Assembly: GCA_035221665.1 (NCBI GenBank)
Contig: CM069162.1
Coordinates: 23,560,001 to 23,624,000, forward strand
Length of the DNA stretch: 64,000 nucleotides
Direction: 5' to 3'
DNA from: Okamejei kenojei
Taxonomy: Eukaryota
In this document: one piece after another, positions 51,411 through 64,000 of the stretch
How positions within the stretch are numbered: position 1 is the first letter of the stretch
How the letters are laid out: each line of letters opens with the position of its first letter
Made by a program: the position numbers and the translations under genes
Notes under the pieces: generated by a model
Databases searched by the model: none
What the model was told of the DNA's origin: nothing
What the model saw: only the letters and a program-made list of their open reading frames with translations

Positions 51411-53409
51411 TATGTGGCGTAGGCACTATTTCCTGCATCGTTTTGGGAATAATGTGTTATTCCTGCCTCATTTACAAGGAGCACTGGATGTCTGATGCTG
51501 ATTCTGGTGCCAGGTCTTCCATCACCTGTAACCACTAACATTCAATGAAAATTAAATCATGAAACTCTGGGAACCCCACTAGATGCCCGGCAGGTGGTTC
51601 TGAATTTAGAAATTGTTCGCAACTGGTCAGATTTTTTTATTATTACCAGAAAAGCAGATGTGACTTGTTTATTTATAAGTGGACTTCAGCGCAGTCAAGG
51701 ATTTCAGTGGATTGTGACAATAAAGGACGAAAAGGCTGCTTCCTTTAGAATGAATTGCTGCCAGACAATAGTAAAAAAACAAATCTGAATTCCACTTGAG
51801 AAAGATGTATCTACCTGTACAATGTTGCCTCTTCCACCAGCTAAACGCAGGCAAGGAGATCCAAAAGCAAAGTGACACACATGGTCAATGGGGAGGGAGA
51901 GGCTCTTGGGACAGGGGCATCCAGACTTTAGTCTGAGAATGAGGAAAATGTCCCAGTCGTCAATGCATAAGTGGAAACTGGCAAGAGAGGGGCAGAAGTG
52001 TTGGTTGGGGTTGGAGTCATTGGTCAGCATCCTGTTGCTGCAACCCTGAAATCAAACCAGTGTGCAAATGGAGTCGAGGTTCCTCTGTCGGCTCTGATAA
52101 GTTACTACTCTGCTCTGGCCTTTCTTGCTCTATTTCCTAATGGAAAGAGCCCGACTATAACATTATCATTCCCATCCTGCAGCTACATGCTGGCAGTCAG
52201 TGCGGGAAATGGTAGAATCACACTGCTATAGGAAGGACAAAACCCCAGTACTGGCGGAGAGATAGTCCACGTTATTTATCCGAACTGTGAATTTTTGGTG
52301 CTGGTTCAGGAGCACAAATCCTATAGAGAGTTTGTTTACAAAAGCTGGCTTTATTGGTTTGTCCTTATAACATATTACTAAGAAGGAATAAGGTGTGTTT
52401 TCTGAGGCTGCGAGAGAATGGTGTGTTGAATGGTGTGAAATAAAAGGCAGGTCAGGTGATCCTGTCCACTGTTTACTTCATGCAGTTGATAGCAGACACT
52501 GTCCACTTGCATATTTTCTGGAAGAAACTGGTTAAAATATGGCTGTGTCAGAATGACACCAGGTCCTACAACAAACAGTGTGTTGTGACTTAACTTTGCC
52601 TTCCACAGCCTGCATGAGAACAGGATAAAGAGGTGGGGAGGGTTGGAATGGTATTGTGAACTGAGATGTACTGAAGGTCACCGACTTAATTTGGTCATCA
52701 GATGGTTTAAGGCCACATTCCAATGTGGCCAGTGGAACATCTGGTGCCCAGCAGGTCACGTGGGTCTCCGCCAATATCCAGTCTGCTTCAATAATCCTTC
52801 ATAACAATGCACGAGGGTCAGAGTCACCACCATCAGAGCCAGGAGGAACACACCTGGAGGTATTCTTCATTAGCACGGGTGTCGGGCGTTATGGGGAGGA
52901 GGCAGGAGAATGGGGTTAGGAGGGAGTTATAGATCAGCCATGATTGAATGTCGGAGTAGACTAGATGGGCTGAATGGCCTAATTCTGCTCCTATCGCATT
53001 ATGAACACTTCCATTCTATGATTGTAATTCGGCTGGTTTTGCTTTACTTTTCCTTTCCTTAGATCCTCGGTGTCAATTCCCATGAGCCAACTGAGTTCCG
53101 ACTTATACATTTTTATCGGATAATTCCTGGATGCGCTTCGAACCATCCAGCATTCCACAATTCATCGCAAGTGTCATTCTGGTTCATGCATTACAAAATA
53201 ACTGCTGAAATCATTTACCATATATATAACTATATATATGTCGATAAAATAAAAATTGTATCTTTAAGAAGCAGATTTGTTAGTATCGTGTTGGGTGTTA
53301 GTTTATTTGTAGGCGACAAACGGGAGAATTGGCAGGTTAGGCTGCAGCCCCATGCAAGCAGGCACCAAGCAGAATAGAGAGAAGCTGGCCAGCAGAAGGC
53401 TACACTCAC

Positions 53410-53440
53410 CCTTTTGTACAGTCTACGGTCCACCAGGGGG
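53410..53440 (-). CDS. CAMTA1: CAMTA1 31-nt cassette exon (S-PLVDRRLYKR)
   Basis: gccctaag|CCCCCTGGTGGACCGTAGACTGTACAAAAGG|gtgagt. Matches the recalled human SPLVDHRLYKR; its length is not a multiple of 3. Confidence 0.9.
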
Positions 53441-53555
53441 CTTAGGGCAGCAAAACAATACCAAACAGCTATTAGCAAACCAAATGTACCATCAATTATC
53501 AGACCGAAGGCAGGTTTCAACACTTCAGATTTTGATGCAAGGTGATGCCACCGCT

Positions 53556-53586
<31 letters not shown>

Positions 53587-54724
53587 CCCCCCCTCCCTCC
53601 TTCATTGAGATTCATCTTCACTGAGCGGGAACATTTGTGAGCTGGGAAATAAGGACTCTTCTCCAAAGCCATCAGCACCAATGTCGTCCTGTTCTTGGCC
53701 GAAGGCATATATCAACAATGACTTCCCTACTTCCCCTCCAAGGACGGTGTGATGATGGTTTTCACACGCACTGGTCAGTCGGTTAGTGAACATGCTCAGA
53801 CAGACTGGGCCGAGACAGCAGGCAAACTGTCATCAGGGTTGTTAAAGGCCAACCTGACCAACAGGCAAACACAATTGCCATTGACTTATTCATTTGTTCA
53901 TGGGATGTCAATGTTGCCAGCAATGCTTGCATGTATCGACTATCCCTAATTGCCCCTGAACTAGGGAGGCAATTGAGAGTCAACCACTTTAGTGGCTCTA
54001 GAGTCATGTATAGATGAAGGTGGCAGTTTTCCCTTCCTGAAGAACGTTGGCAGACCAGGTGAGATTTTATGCCTATCGAGTGGTTAACAATAGTATATCA
54101 TCGTTACCATTACTATAACTAGTTTATTTAATTACTTGAATTTACATTCATCAGTTGCCACAAACTCCTGCCTCTAGATCAACTCTGCCTGCTGGTACAA
54201 TAACAATCGCATGGTTCTAAACCAGCAATGGCAGCTCAAATGATATACATGTTTCTGTTTGAACTCAAAGAGCAAAAGGTCTGTCCTCTTTGTTGCCAAC
54301 CTTGACTTAAACATAGAAGAAATGAGGCAACTAATCAGATCCAAAAATTGTCCAAACACTCTCAGACCTTCTAATGTTGAAGGCCGCACAGTGTCTGATA
54401 GGGACAAGACTGAATGGCAAACTAACTGACCCACAACATGCAAGCGCAGTGTTGTTACTTGGTTAAGAAGCACGTTAACAGGAATAAAATGAAGAAGTGC
54501 ATGTAATATTCAAGAATTAACTATAAAAATCAAGATGTTTCTTTAACATATAAATGATGGGTAAAGATAAACAAAGAATGCAGTACTAGAATAGTTATAA
54601 TTATCAACTCATCCTTCCTAAGTATCACTAGCCATCATGCCAACCTCGCCTGGTATACATTGTCTGACTATAGGTATCAACTAACTCTGGCTCTGAGGAC
54701 CATCTGAGGAATGATAGACTATGT

Positions 54725-55080
54725 CAGGGGTGGGGAACCTTTTCATGGTGGGTTGCCGCAGTAAGTTAGCTGTTATCTTAGAAGGCCGCAGCCAAGAAAC
54801 TTCAATTAGATATACTTCAAAATGTACATTATTTTGTTAAAATAGCCCTCACGACTTACTAATGTTTTAATTGTGACCGTCAGTCGGGGAGGATAATTTT
54901 GTTGGATCTTCTTTTACTCTTTGGTATTTTAAATATACGTTCATTTTAAGATTAAAATTAAAATAATAAAAGATGAACAAAAACATATTAATAATAATAA
55001 AATGATTTGTTCTACAAAATTTGGATTCATTCAAAAGGCCGCACTTAATGGCCTCGAAGGCTGCAGGTTCCCCACCCCTG
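54725..55080. mobile_element. hAT (Charlie-like) non-autonomous element
   Basis: 16-bp TIR caggggtggggaacct / aggttccccacccctg; 8-bp flanks gactatgt and gaccaagt (6/8 match). Confidence 0.8.
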
Positions 55081-56254
55081 GACCAAGTGGTCTCCTTCAA
55101 AGCTATCATTCTAGTGGTCTCATGGAGGTCACCAGCTCAGATTTACCGTTCTCAGCTCGTTGCAATGACAAGCATCCTGCAGGCTGGGACTTACGGATGC
55201 AGATATGGATGAGAATATGTCTGTGTCACACTCTGCTCTGGATTTCTGGTTTATGTCACTAGTTCTTGTTTGGATTAAGGCTTTCACATCATCTATCATC
55301 ACAGTGAAACTTTGGAAAGAAGGACCAAGCTTTGAAAGTTTCTGTTTTTTTGTTATTTCTTAAAGGAAAGGAAAGCTATTCTACCTGATCTGTCTATGGA
55401 TCACACCAGACAGTCAAAAGAATATTGCCAAAGACTAATTTCTACAATGTTGATAATCCAGCTAATATTACACAATAGTTATTCCAGTCTCAACTTTTTT
55501 TCTTCTACAATGTATATAACGAGGCTCTTTGGCCAATGTACACATGCTGGATTTTGTCCCACAATGACTCTCCCTACCCAGTGCCCTGTACATGTTTTAC
55601 TTAAATTCCTTTTGGAAAATAACTATTGAATCTCCTGCCAATGTCATTCCAGACTGAATTCTAAATCAAACAACCTTTGAATAAATAAATCCTCATTTCT
55701 TTCTTCCTTTTGCCATTGTTCATTAATCAGTTTTGATCACAATTCCTTCTTGCAATTCTGTGTCTCTTTGCTTCCATTGTCTTTGCCCTGTAACACTTTC
55801 ATTCCCTTCTCTCTTATATCACACTTGTTTTAAACAAATGCTTCGTACAAGGCGGAAATTAATGAGACACTCCAAAGGCGATGGGAACAAAAGCAACAAG
55901 ATATAACTGCTTTGATCGAGTATATTTCCCACAGATTTATTTACTCAGCTTCAGCCTTTCAGCAAAGGCAATAACAGGCCAAAGATGAGGAAAACTCACA
56001 ACTTGGGCCCACCCAATTGGGAAAAAAGTGACTAGACTGTCTTAGTTAACCCTCCCCCACTCTTATCCGGGTGTCTCCAGGAACTGAAGATTAATCCCTA
56101 GGAGATTGCTGGAAGCAAATATAGGAAGAGCGTCACAACACATTGTTGGTTTTAACACTTTCTTTGAAGAGCTTAGTTCATTATAAAAATAGAAGAGAGA
56201 GGGAGAAAGGGATAGTTGACAACACCTACTGAGTTGAGATTGTAAAGAATCAAT

Positions 56255-56345
56255 GATAGACACAAAATTCTGCGGTAACTCAGCAGGACAGGCAGCCTCT
56301 CTGGAGAGGAGGAATGGGTGACGTTTCGAGTCGAGACCCTTCCGC
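56255..56345 (-). mobile_element. PLE-end short element
   Basis: gatagacacaaaa...taactcagcaggacaggcagc...gacgtttcgagtcgagacccttc. Further diverged copies lie at about 6036-6148, 9467-9612, 18800-18870 and 63900-64000. Confidence 0.75.
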
Positions 56346-56720
56346 CTACACTGCAAAGAAGCAATGCTGTTTGCCTAACACGGGTGCGCCATGAGCATCG
56401 GTGACTACAGGGAGGGGCAGTGGGACGCTGTGGGACGGTATGGATGGGCACTGATTCATAGGGGCAGTGGAATGAGGGTGCACCACGTGTACAGGCAACA
56501 TGAGTGATCAGTGGGGTGGCAGTGGGTGCGAGCTAGATCACGAGGATGGGCACATTGTTATTAACCGGGGGCAATGAAAGACAGCTGCACCAGGAGCGTA
56601 GGCACTAGATGAGCAACAGAGGGTGGAGGCAGGATACGGCTGTACAAACAGGACAGGCAACGTGTGATCGTTTGGAAACTGGGGCAGGTTGTGAAGCTAC
56701 ATTTTCAAATACGTGCAACC

Positions 56721-56911
56721 AGGGGTGTCCCACTTGGGCGTCATTTGCGCATAATTTACGCGACATAATTTAAGCGTCACGATTACGCACGCATGGTGTG
56801 TGGTGGCGTAGGCAGTGACGCGCGCGCGCGCGCCTCAGGATTTTAGAATGTACAAAATCTTCGCGCGCCATCTGCGTGACACGCAAATGACCCCCGAGTG
56901 GGACAGGCCCT
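56721..56911. mobile_element. PIF/Harbinger-type MITE (short)
   Basis: aggggtgtcccacttgggcgtcatttgcg / cgcaaatgacccccgagtgggacaggccct; contains a (CG)n run at about 56819-56834. Confidence 0.75.
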
Positions 56912-57527
56912 TACGCCAGGAGAAAGAGAAAAAGTAGATATGACACTGACGAGATGTGAAAAGCAAAATGTATTACAGTTTGAAAATACTCAAGCCAAAT
57001 CCAACCCTCATATTTATAATTGTGTTTCTTTGCAAGGTCATAGATATAGCTCTGGTGAGGTCGGCAAGAGGGAGGGTTTAATATATTTGCTCGAAGGAAC
57101 AGTTCTAATTCCGGAGTCCATGGAGCAGTAGTTACAATTATTAGTGAAAAGGATTGTTGTAAAAAGTGTGCAGGCAACACACAAATTAATATCACAATCA
57201 AATGATTGAGTTCACCACTAACAATACTCGTTGAAAACTAATATCCACAGAGAGGAATTGTCTCTGACGTTGAAATATACTGTTTATTTATTTGAATTGG
57301 ACAGGACAAAGCTGTGATGTGTCAAAGGTTTATTAGCTCCCTACGATCTGTGTAGTTTTTATGACTTTCAAAATGGCTACATTCGTGCAATCACATTTGA
57401 AAAATGGAGTGCTGTTGATGTTTCCCGGCCACACAACTGCCTCAGTGTTACACAGACCCTGCCTGAAATATGTCAAGATTTGTCAACTGCGTGTGACCCC
57501 TCCCTCTATTAGCTCATAGCCAAACAA

Positions 57528-57777
57528 GACTACGGGTGCTGTCTATAGGGAGTTTGGAAGTTCTCCCCATTACCGCGTGGGTTTTCACCAAGATCTTCGG
57601 TTTCGTCCCACACTCCAAAGACGTACAGGCTTGCAGGTTAATTGGCTAGCTAAAAATTTAAATTGTCCCTAATATGTGTAGGATAGTGTTAAGTGTGCGG
57701 GGATCGCTGGTCGGTGCTGACTTGGTGGGCCGAAGGGCCTGTTTCCCCTCTAAATCTCTAAACTAAATTAAACTAAA
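57528..57777 (+). mobile_element. 5'-truncated tRNA-derived SINE
   Basis: Core and (ctaaa)n tail of the same family. Another tail fragment lies at about 62495-62582 (minus). Confidence 0.78.
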
Positions 57778-58249
57778 AAGAAGGGTTTCGATGAATACCC
57801 AGCGCACATAATTCAGCTCAGGAGGCTCTGTTCTGGAAACTTTGTGTATGAGTTGGTTCCATTACAAAGACCAATGTACACCAGTGTATGTTTGTAGCCC
57901 GAGCTGTCCTGGTTGGTGAGGACATTGGTACCAAGGATGCTAACACTGAGGTAACTAATTGATGTAACTACCAAGGTCTGCAGATCATATAAATCAGCTA
58001 CTTTGCTGATTAGATATTAAAGCTGAGCTGTGACAATAAATGAACCTTTGACTTTTCCAGCTAATGTCCACTCCGAACCTTGTAAACTGAACATGTGCTC
58101 AATGGCAGGAAGGGCAACCCCACTGGAGTTACTGAGTGCACTGACAAGCACCACATTCCTACAAGGGTTTGATGGATTACCAGATCTTCAAAGCTGCTGA
58201 CTTCTATAAGGGAATGCAACTAGTTTCAGTCACAATTCCAAACATAGGA

Positions 58250-58578
58250 TAGAGCCATAGAGTGATACAGCATGGAAACAGGCCCTTCAGCCCAACTTGC
58301 CAACACCAGCCAACTTGTCCCAGCTACACTAGTCCCATCTGCCCGCATTTGGTCCATATCCCTCCAAACCGGCCCTATCCATGTACCTGTCTAACTGTTT
58401 CTTGAACATTGGGATAGACCCAGCCTCAACTACCTCCTCTGGCAGCTCGTTCTGTACACCCACCACTCGATGTGTAAAAAAGATACCCCTCAAATTCCTA
58501 TTCAATCTTTTCCCCTTTACCATAAACCTATGTCTTCTGGTCCTCAATTCACCTACTCTGGGCAAAAGACTGTGCATC
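58250..58578 (-). mobile_element. CR1-type LINE 3' end
   Basis: ORF remnant LRTRRHRF...FFTHRVVGV.NELPEEVVEAGS..FKKQLDRYM. The same family is the PLE target at about 10920-11045 plus 14144-14320. Confidence 0.82.
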
Positions 58579-59848
58579 TATTCCTCTCTATAGGAAGGTT
58601 GAGGACCACTTCACCCATGGCTGTTCAACGTCTCGTTGACCATGAGTTTGTATGGGTCAAGTTTGTTCCAGGATGGAGCTGGAAATATTGACCTTGCACA
58701 AGGGAGATCCTTGAGCACACACTATTCCAAAGAGCCGAGCCTGTTTCCAACAAACAATAAGCCTTGCTGTTCAGCACTGGTACGACCATTGGCAGGTGTT
58801 GTGAGGAACACTGCTGTTCAAGACCATTCCTGCCTCACTGACTTCTCATTTGCCAAGTTACCACTCACTTTTCGGCAGCAACGTTCACAGCCTCTAGGTT
58901 TCCCAAACTGCTTTCCAGTCATTGAAGTGCATTCAGTGTTGTGATGTAGGATAAACAGAAGCCTATTTTTGTACAGCAACTTTGCAATGGGGTGAGTTAT
59001 CGCACACAGCAGTGGGAAGGACTCCACTGAGCTTCTTTACATAGAATTGTGAAATCCTTTAACTCCAGCCAAAAGAACAGGTTGGAAGAACTCTAACCTC
59101 AAACAGACGTGATCACTGACAGGTTAAAGGCAACAGTTCGCCATCATGAAGTTGAAGATCTTTGAGGTGCTTAGTGTGATGGTTAATTAATGGACGGGTA
59201 TGAGGACTTTGTTTAAATCAATTGAAATTTGGACAGGATAATTTGAAAGGTATATCTGGTCTGGAAGATCCTGCTTGTACAAACTACTCTCTGAACAATT
59301 CACATGACAATGCGGACTAAATATTGTTGGGCTTGCTGCCTGAGGAAGGCATCACACTCTGACCTGATACTGTCCCCATCCAACCAGCCAAACATGCACA
59401 CTTTCCTACTGTGACTGTACACGGGAGCAGCAACATTGACGGACTTCTGTTCCACAGTTCAAGTCCACAGAGCCTGCTACAGGGCAGCAATCACCACGCA
59501 AATCGGCTAACTTAGCACAGCGTGGGAACCTAGAACCTAACAGCTTGGTCGTTTTATGAACTCAGTTTGAGAAAGGGACTGTAATCTTCCCATTGAGAAT
59601 ACTAGGTGAGCTGTGTAAATATATTCCGCAGGATATAATGGGAGATATTTCTGAATTATCCTAACAATGTGGTCGTCTTCAGAAAGTTTCATTCCTTTTC
59701 CTTTAATAATCTCTGATATCAATGGATTGATCAAATTCTACTTGTATTATTCTGGGAAGAAATAAAAGGCAGAACGCAGTGTAAATTAAAGTGAAAACAA
59801 AACGTTTTGGATGGGCGGTCAGATTGTGAATGACAGTTGACATCTCAC

Positions 59849-59923
59849 CTGTGACGACAACGGCGCAGAAATCTCATAATTTTCCGTGCAGCTTGATCCT
59901 GTTTCTTGGTCAACAGACTGCTC
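59849..59923 (-). CDS. CAMTA1: CAMTA1 75-nt exon (SSLLTKKQDQAARKIMRFLRRCRH)
   Basis: Polypyrimidine tract then gtttcag|GAGCAGTCTG...CGTCACAG|gtgaga. Phase 2/2 fits the preceding exon. Not in the ORF track; read directly from sequence. Confidence 0.95.
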
Positions 59924-60805
59924 CTGAAACAAGAGCAAGGAAGAAAAAAAAATAAGAGCTAGAGTTATCCTCAGAGTGAAAGGCCAGCGCCATCTGTAAG
60001 GTCATTGATTTAAAACTATTTACGTTAGAAAACTTGCCACTTTCCCTGCTGACTGGTAAAGCATAAGGTTCGGCCAATGGTGCACCATCCCATTGAGTCA
60101 AATGTTGTGGCTTCATTGACCTAAGCACTGGATTCACTCATAATGCAACCATGAAATTTGATCAAAGATCAAAGCTTCATCCTTGACTAAGAAACACTTG
60201 GCACACAAATCCATGCAAATGCAGGGAAGAACGTTGGGTTCATTAAAAAAACTATGGGGTTCAACTTGTAAATATACGGGAAGAGTTCACATGTTGATTG
60301 CTATTAGCTTCATCCGTTGATTGCAAATATGTCGATCATCCATTGGTGAGGCACACTCACTGATTCAAACATGGTATTCAACTATTGAGGTAGATGTGGA
60401 TTGCACCAACTGATACACAGTGGATTCATTCATTGACCGGTGACCATACAGTTCATCCCTTTGCTACCAAAACAGATGGTTCACCCACTGATAGAAAAAT
60501 GGGGATCAACCACTGATGCACCTATCAACTCCCAATTATGAGGCTCACCATCCTCTCTCCGTGTGACTATTATTCCCACCTCCATAAGTTCTTATCTTAT
60601 GTAGACTCTTCTTATGAGGCACCTTATCAAATGTCTTTGCAAATCCAAATATACCTCATCCTTTGATCCCCAACATCTGACCTGCCGGTTGCATTCTTAA
60701 AAACTCCGCAAGATTGTCACTTGATGTTCTTTTCATAAATCTATGTTGATTCCACCTAATCATAGGGCCCAAGAGAAGAGTTCTGCGCATGAGCAAGGGC
60801 CCTAC

Positions 60806-60999
60806 CTGATTTTTTGGTGGACCATGGCAGCTGTCCTTCGCTTCTGCCTCATTTTTCCGCACTCCTTGTAGCTACGGTAATACTGCTGGATCAGGACAGC
60901 TGCCCGCCGACTCTGCTGGAACTTCTTCTGCTCGTAATAGCTGCGGAACTTGCTCTGGATCAGGATGGCGGCCAGCGTCATCTTTTTGTAAAGTGCATA
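60806..60999 (-). CDS. CAMTA1: CAMTA1 exon with IQ calmodulin-binding motifs
   Basis: cccctcag|TATGCACTTTAC...ATCAG|gtagg, 194 nt. Encodes YALYKKMTLAAILIQSKFRSYYEQKKFQQSRRAAVLIQQYYRSYKECGKMRQKRRTAAMVHQKIR with two IQxxxR motifs, matching the CAMTA1 C-terminus. Confidence 0.95.
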
Positions 61000-62714
61000 C
61001 TGAGGGGACACAAAGGGCAATATCCTTGTCAGAAGCAAGATCAAAATGGTTGCATCCTGGAAAGAAGGGGTGGTTGGTGACGGGAGGATCCCCAGTTAAA
61101 ATGGCACATTCTCAACGGAATACAACCTCAACACTTCTAGATCTTCATCTCAAGTAACTAGCCTGCAAAAATGTCTTGCTAAGTTAAGAATTTAGTAATA
61201 ACCGAAGAGCATAACTAATAGGAGCAGTAGTGGGCCATGCAATCCTCCAGTTAACTGTTATTCAGTCGCAACTTCACATTTCTATCCAGTCCCCAAACGC
61301 CTGGAATCTCTTGGATCAAAAGGAAATTGAAAGAGAGAAAATCAAAAACTAGAACGCTCAATATAAGCAGAATCACTCTCGAAACCGGCACTTATTGACA
61401 ATTACCCTTTAAATACTCATGTATTGCTTATCTGTACAGAAAAAGTCCAATGTTTAGTTTAGTTTAGTTTACTGTCACGAGTACTGAGGTACAGTGGTAA
61501 GCTCTTTTTATTGTGTGCTATCCAGCCAGAGGAAAGACTGTACATGATTACAATCAAACTGTCCACATTGTGTCGATATCGGATAATGGAAATAATGTTT
61601 AGTGCAAGATAAAGTCCAGTAAAGTCTGATTAAAGATAGTCCGAGGGTCTCCAATAAAGTAAATGGTAGTTCAGGACCGCTCTCTAGTTGGGGATAGAGT
61701 GGGATACATATCTGCCTTGTTTCACATTCTCAAAGTAACAAGTGAGCAATTACATGGACAAATGCCTGATTAAAGTGCAGCTAATGTTAGGATTGACAAC
61801 CCTGGATGGACTGTTGCTAAAGGTGTATATATATATTCAACCTCCCTGCCAGGTCAAATATGTCTTTGTATCACCAATATTTTTGTAACATAAAATAAAA
61901 GCATTCAAAAAATTTAATAAAACCACATATCTTTTAATGCTTTCTCATTATTTTTTTTGTTCCTAGTTTTGCTTGACCCAGAGATAACCGTTTAAATTCT
62001 AGGGATTCCAGGTTAGTACTGGAGTAGTGGTGAAGGAGCATGGTGCAAGGCTCACCATGCCACCTGGTGGCAGTGGACGGGCGAGGTTGTGCCAGAATTC
62101 TCACATCATAAAAGAGACAAATTTAAATAGCAACATCCCAACACGACGAAAAGCAAGTGTGCCTCCCGCCACTCAGTCGTCCAGTTCACACATTGTACTT
62201 CAGAAAATTTGTCAAACTCTTGCATTTGGCAGTAAGGCAAGTTTTCAGAAATAAAATGAGAAATTATTTTTGACAAGTAACTTGGCATTGTGTTCCTTTA
62301 AGGGCAGGTGAAGGAAATTTTTAATTTTGATTAAGTGTAAATGAAGAGATTTTCACAGGCATGAAACAAAAAGGGAAATGCTGGAAGAGCTAGTCCAGCA
62401 GTCAATCAACTTTTGTGGAAAAATACACCAGTTAACTGAGATCTTCCTGCATTTCTGGCTTTGTTTCAGATTTCAGTATCTGTGGTTTTATTTTTAGTTT
62501 AGTTTAGAGATATGGCGCGGAACCATATTCCGTGCCGTCCAGCGATCCCCGCACATTAACACTATACTTACACACAATAGGACTCAAAATATAAATGAAA
62601 AAATGGACATACGCTTGTACCAGAATACTATATAGTTGGTGGTCAACTAGTGGCCATATATCACAGTAGTGCAAAATGTACAACATTGAAATTCCATTTG
62701 TTAACTCAAATTAC

Positions 62715-62735
62715 CTTCAAGGCTATCCATGTAAG
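62715..62735 (-). CDS. CAMTA1: CAMTA1 21-nt microexon (LTWIALK) in the IQ region
   Basis: Minus strand reads ctttgcaag|CTTACATGGATAGCCTTGAAG|gtaatt, phase 0/0. It translates to LTWIALK, the optional peptide I recall preceding YALYKKM in vertebrate CAMTA1/2. Confidence 0.9.
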
Positions 62736-64000
62736 CTTGCAAAGTGAATATAATAGACATTAGTACCGGAGAAAAGAAAGCCTCTGCTTCACAGTGCAGA
62801 ACCTGCCCAGTCAGCACTGGGACACAACAATGACTTATACTCTAACAGTGCCTTTAACATTGAGGAACGTCACCAAATACATGGATGGGCAAGAGGATTT
62901 CAATGGGAATAGGGGAGGAAGCAGCAGTCAGCTGCGGAGGACAACCTTTACCCAGAAAAATGGTAGATGTTGAGTCCTATGGGGGAAGGAAACCTGCTGT
63001 CCATAGCAGGTTAGCTCTATCTGTGATTCCACAACCAAAGGAAATTGGTTGAATTTCTGAGATGGTCTCATAAGTCACTCAGTTCAAGTGGAAATCAGAA
63101 ATAGCTACAACAAAAATACCCCATGAATGATGTTAGAGGACAGGAAGGCATTGGACAAAGACCGCAGGTTGCGTTTGGGAGCTCCTGGTCTGTGTGGGCA
63201 TGGATTTAAACATTTGGCTGATGCTTGAAACACACATTTGTTTGGCAATACTCTTGAGCCCCTATCGGTTCACTCCTGGTTTTCCATTATTTAGGAGAAG
63301 TGCGGTCGAGAACTGACTAATCCAATATGATTCTCTACACCATACTTCTATTTCCAAGGACTGCATTTACCATTGGCACCATCTGGATCTGGCTTTTGGG
63401 CAGATTGGACATTTACACCTGGGGCCATAATGTAGGGAGGTCCCTGGATTAACAGAAGTTTGCTCGGAGATAGTCTCAGGACTGGTGGACAATGCCATGT
63501 GTGCTTAACATAGTGAGAATGCAGACAGAAATGCGATTGTACAATAGTGTATGGAGATGGTGAAATATGAACTCAAGTAATCTGAAATAAAACGTGTGAG
63601 ATCAGTAAATTTGTCACAGAATAGTTTGGAGATCAAGGATACGGACTACACAGCCGTGCGATTGACGGGGCTTTGCATAAGATATTGACAAACGGCAGCA
63701 GGAGATGAGAGATATTAAGAGCTAATCCATCTTAATTCCCACAGGCTGTTCCTCCTGTCGTTCTCTTGCCATCTGCTTGGCTAATTTGTGAAGCTACTGG
63801 AAGAGGGCCAAGCTCAGTGCTCTTTTTCAGTCATTATTTCTGTGTGTGCTTTCTGCTCATGGTGGCATTTGTGAATGGAATACTTCCATCACCAATCCCG
63901 CACAAAATGCCGGAGTGACTCAGCAGGACAGGCAGCATCTCTGGTGAGGAGGAATGGGTGACGTTTTGTGTCTTCAGTCTGAGGAACGTGACCCATTCCT

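Noticed and set aside
53557-53600. Poly-C tract (also poly-G at about 17278-17298 and 29707-29719)
   Set aside because: Simple homopolymers of unreliable length with no evidence of function.
56380-56690. Recurrent ggggcagtgg-like words suggesting an array
   Set aside because: Spacing and units are too irregular to define a tandem repeat. Nothing CRISPR-like is present in this eukaryotic window.

Overview
Eukaryotic genomic DNA, most likely from a cartilaginous fish (skate/ray-type repeat landscape; inferred, not proven). The minus strand carries the 3' end of a CAMTA1 gene: a 21-nt microexon (62715-62735), the IQ-motif exon (60806-60999), a 75-nt exon (59849-59923), a frame-switching 31-nt cassette exon (53410-53440), a terminal exon readable in two frames (from 28742) and a probable ~5 kb repeat-poor 3'UTR. 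A CpG island near 7.4-7.85 kb holds a probable first exon of a VAMP3-like gene (split AT|G start codon). The rest is intronic or intergenic and rich in transposons: a near-intact Passport-like Tc1 element, Harbinger and hAT MITEs, tRNA-derived SINEs, and CR1, L2 and Rex1 fragments. The most striking structure is a 3.1-kb palindromic (inverted dimer) Penelope-like retroelement with a 14-bp target-site duplication, whose 3' end carries a minimal hammerhead-ribozyme-like motif. The same motif defines many 100-200 bp dispersed insertions across the window, several of them palindromic or TSD-flanked. All family names come from sequence recall; no database search was run. Coordinates of degraded repeats are approximate.
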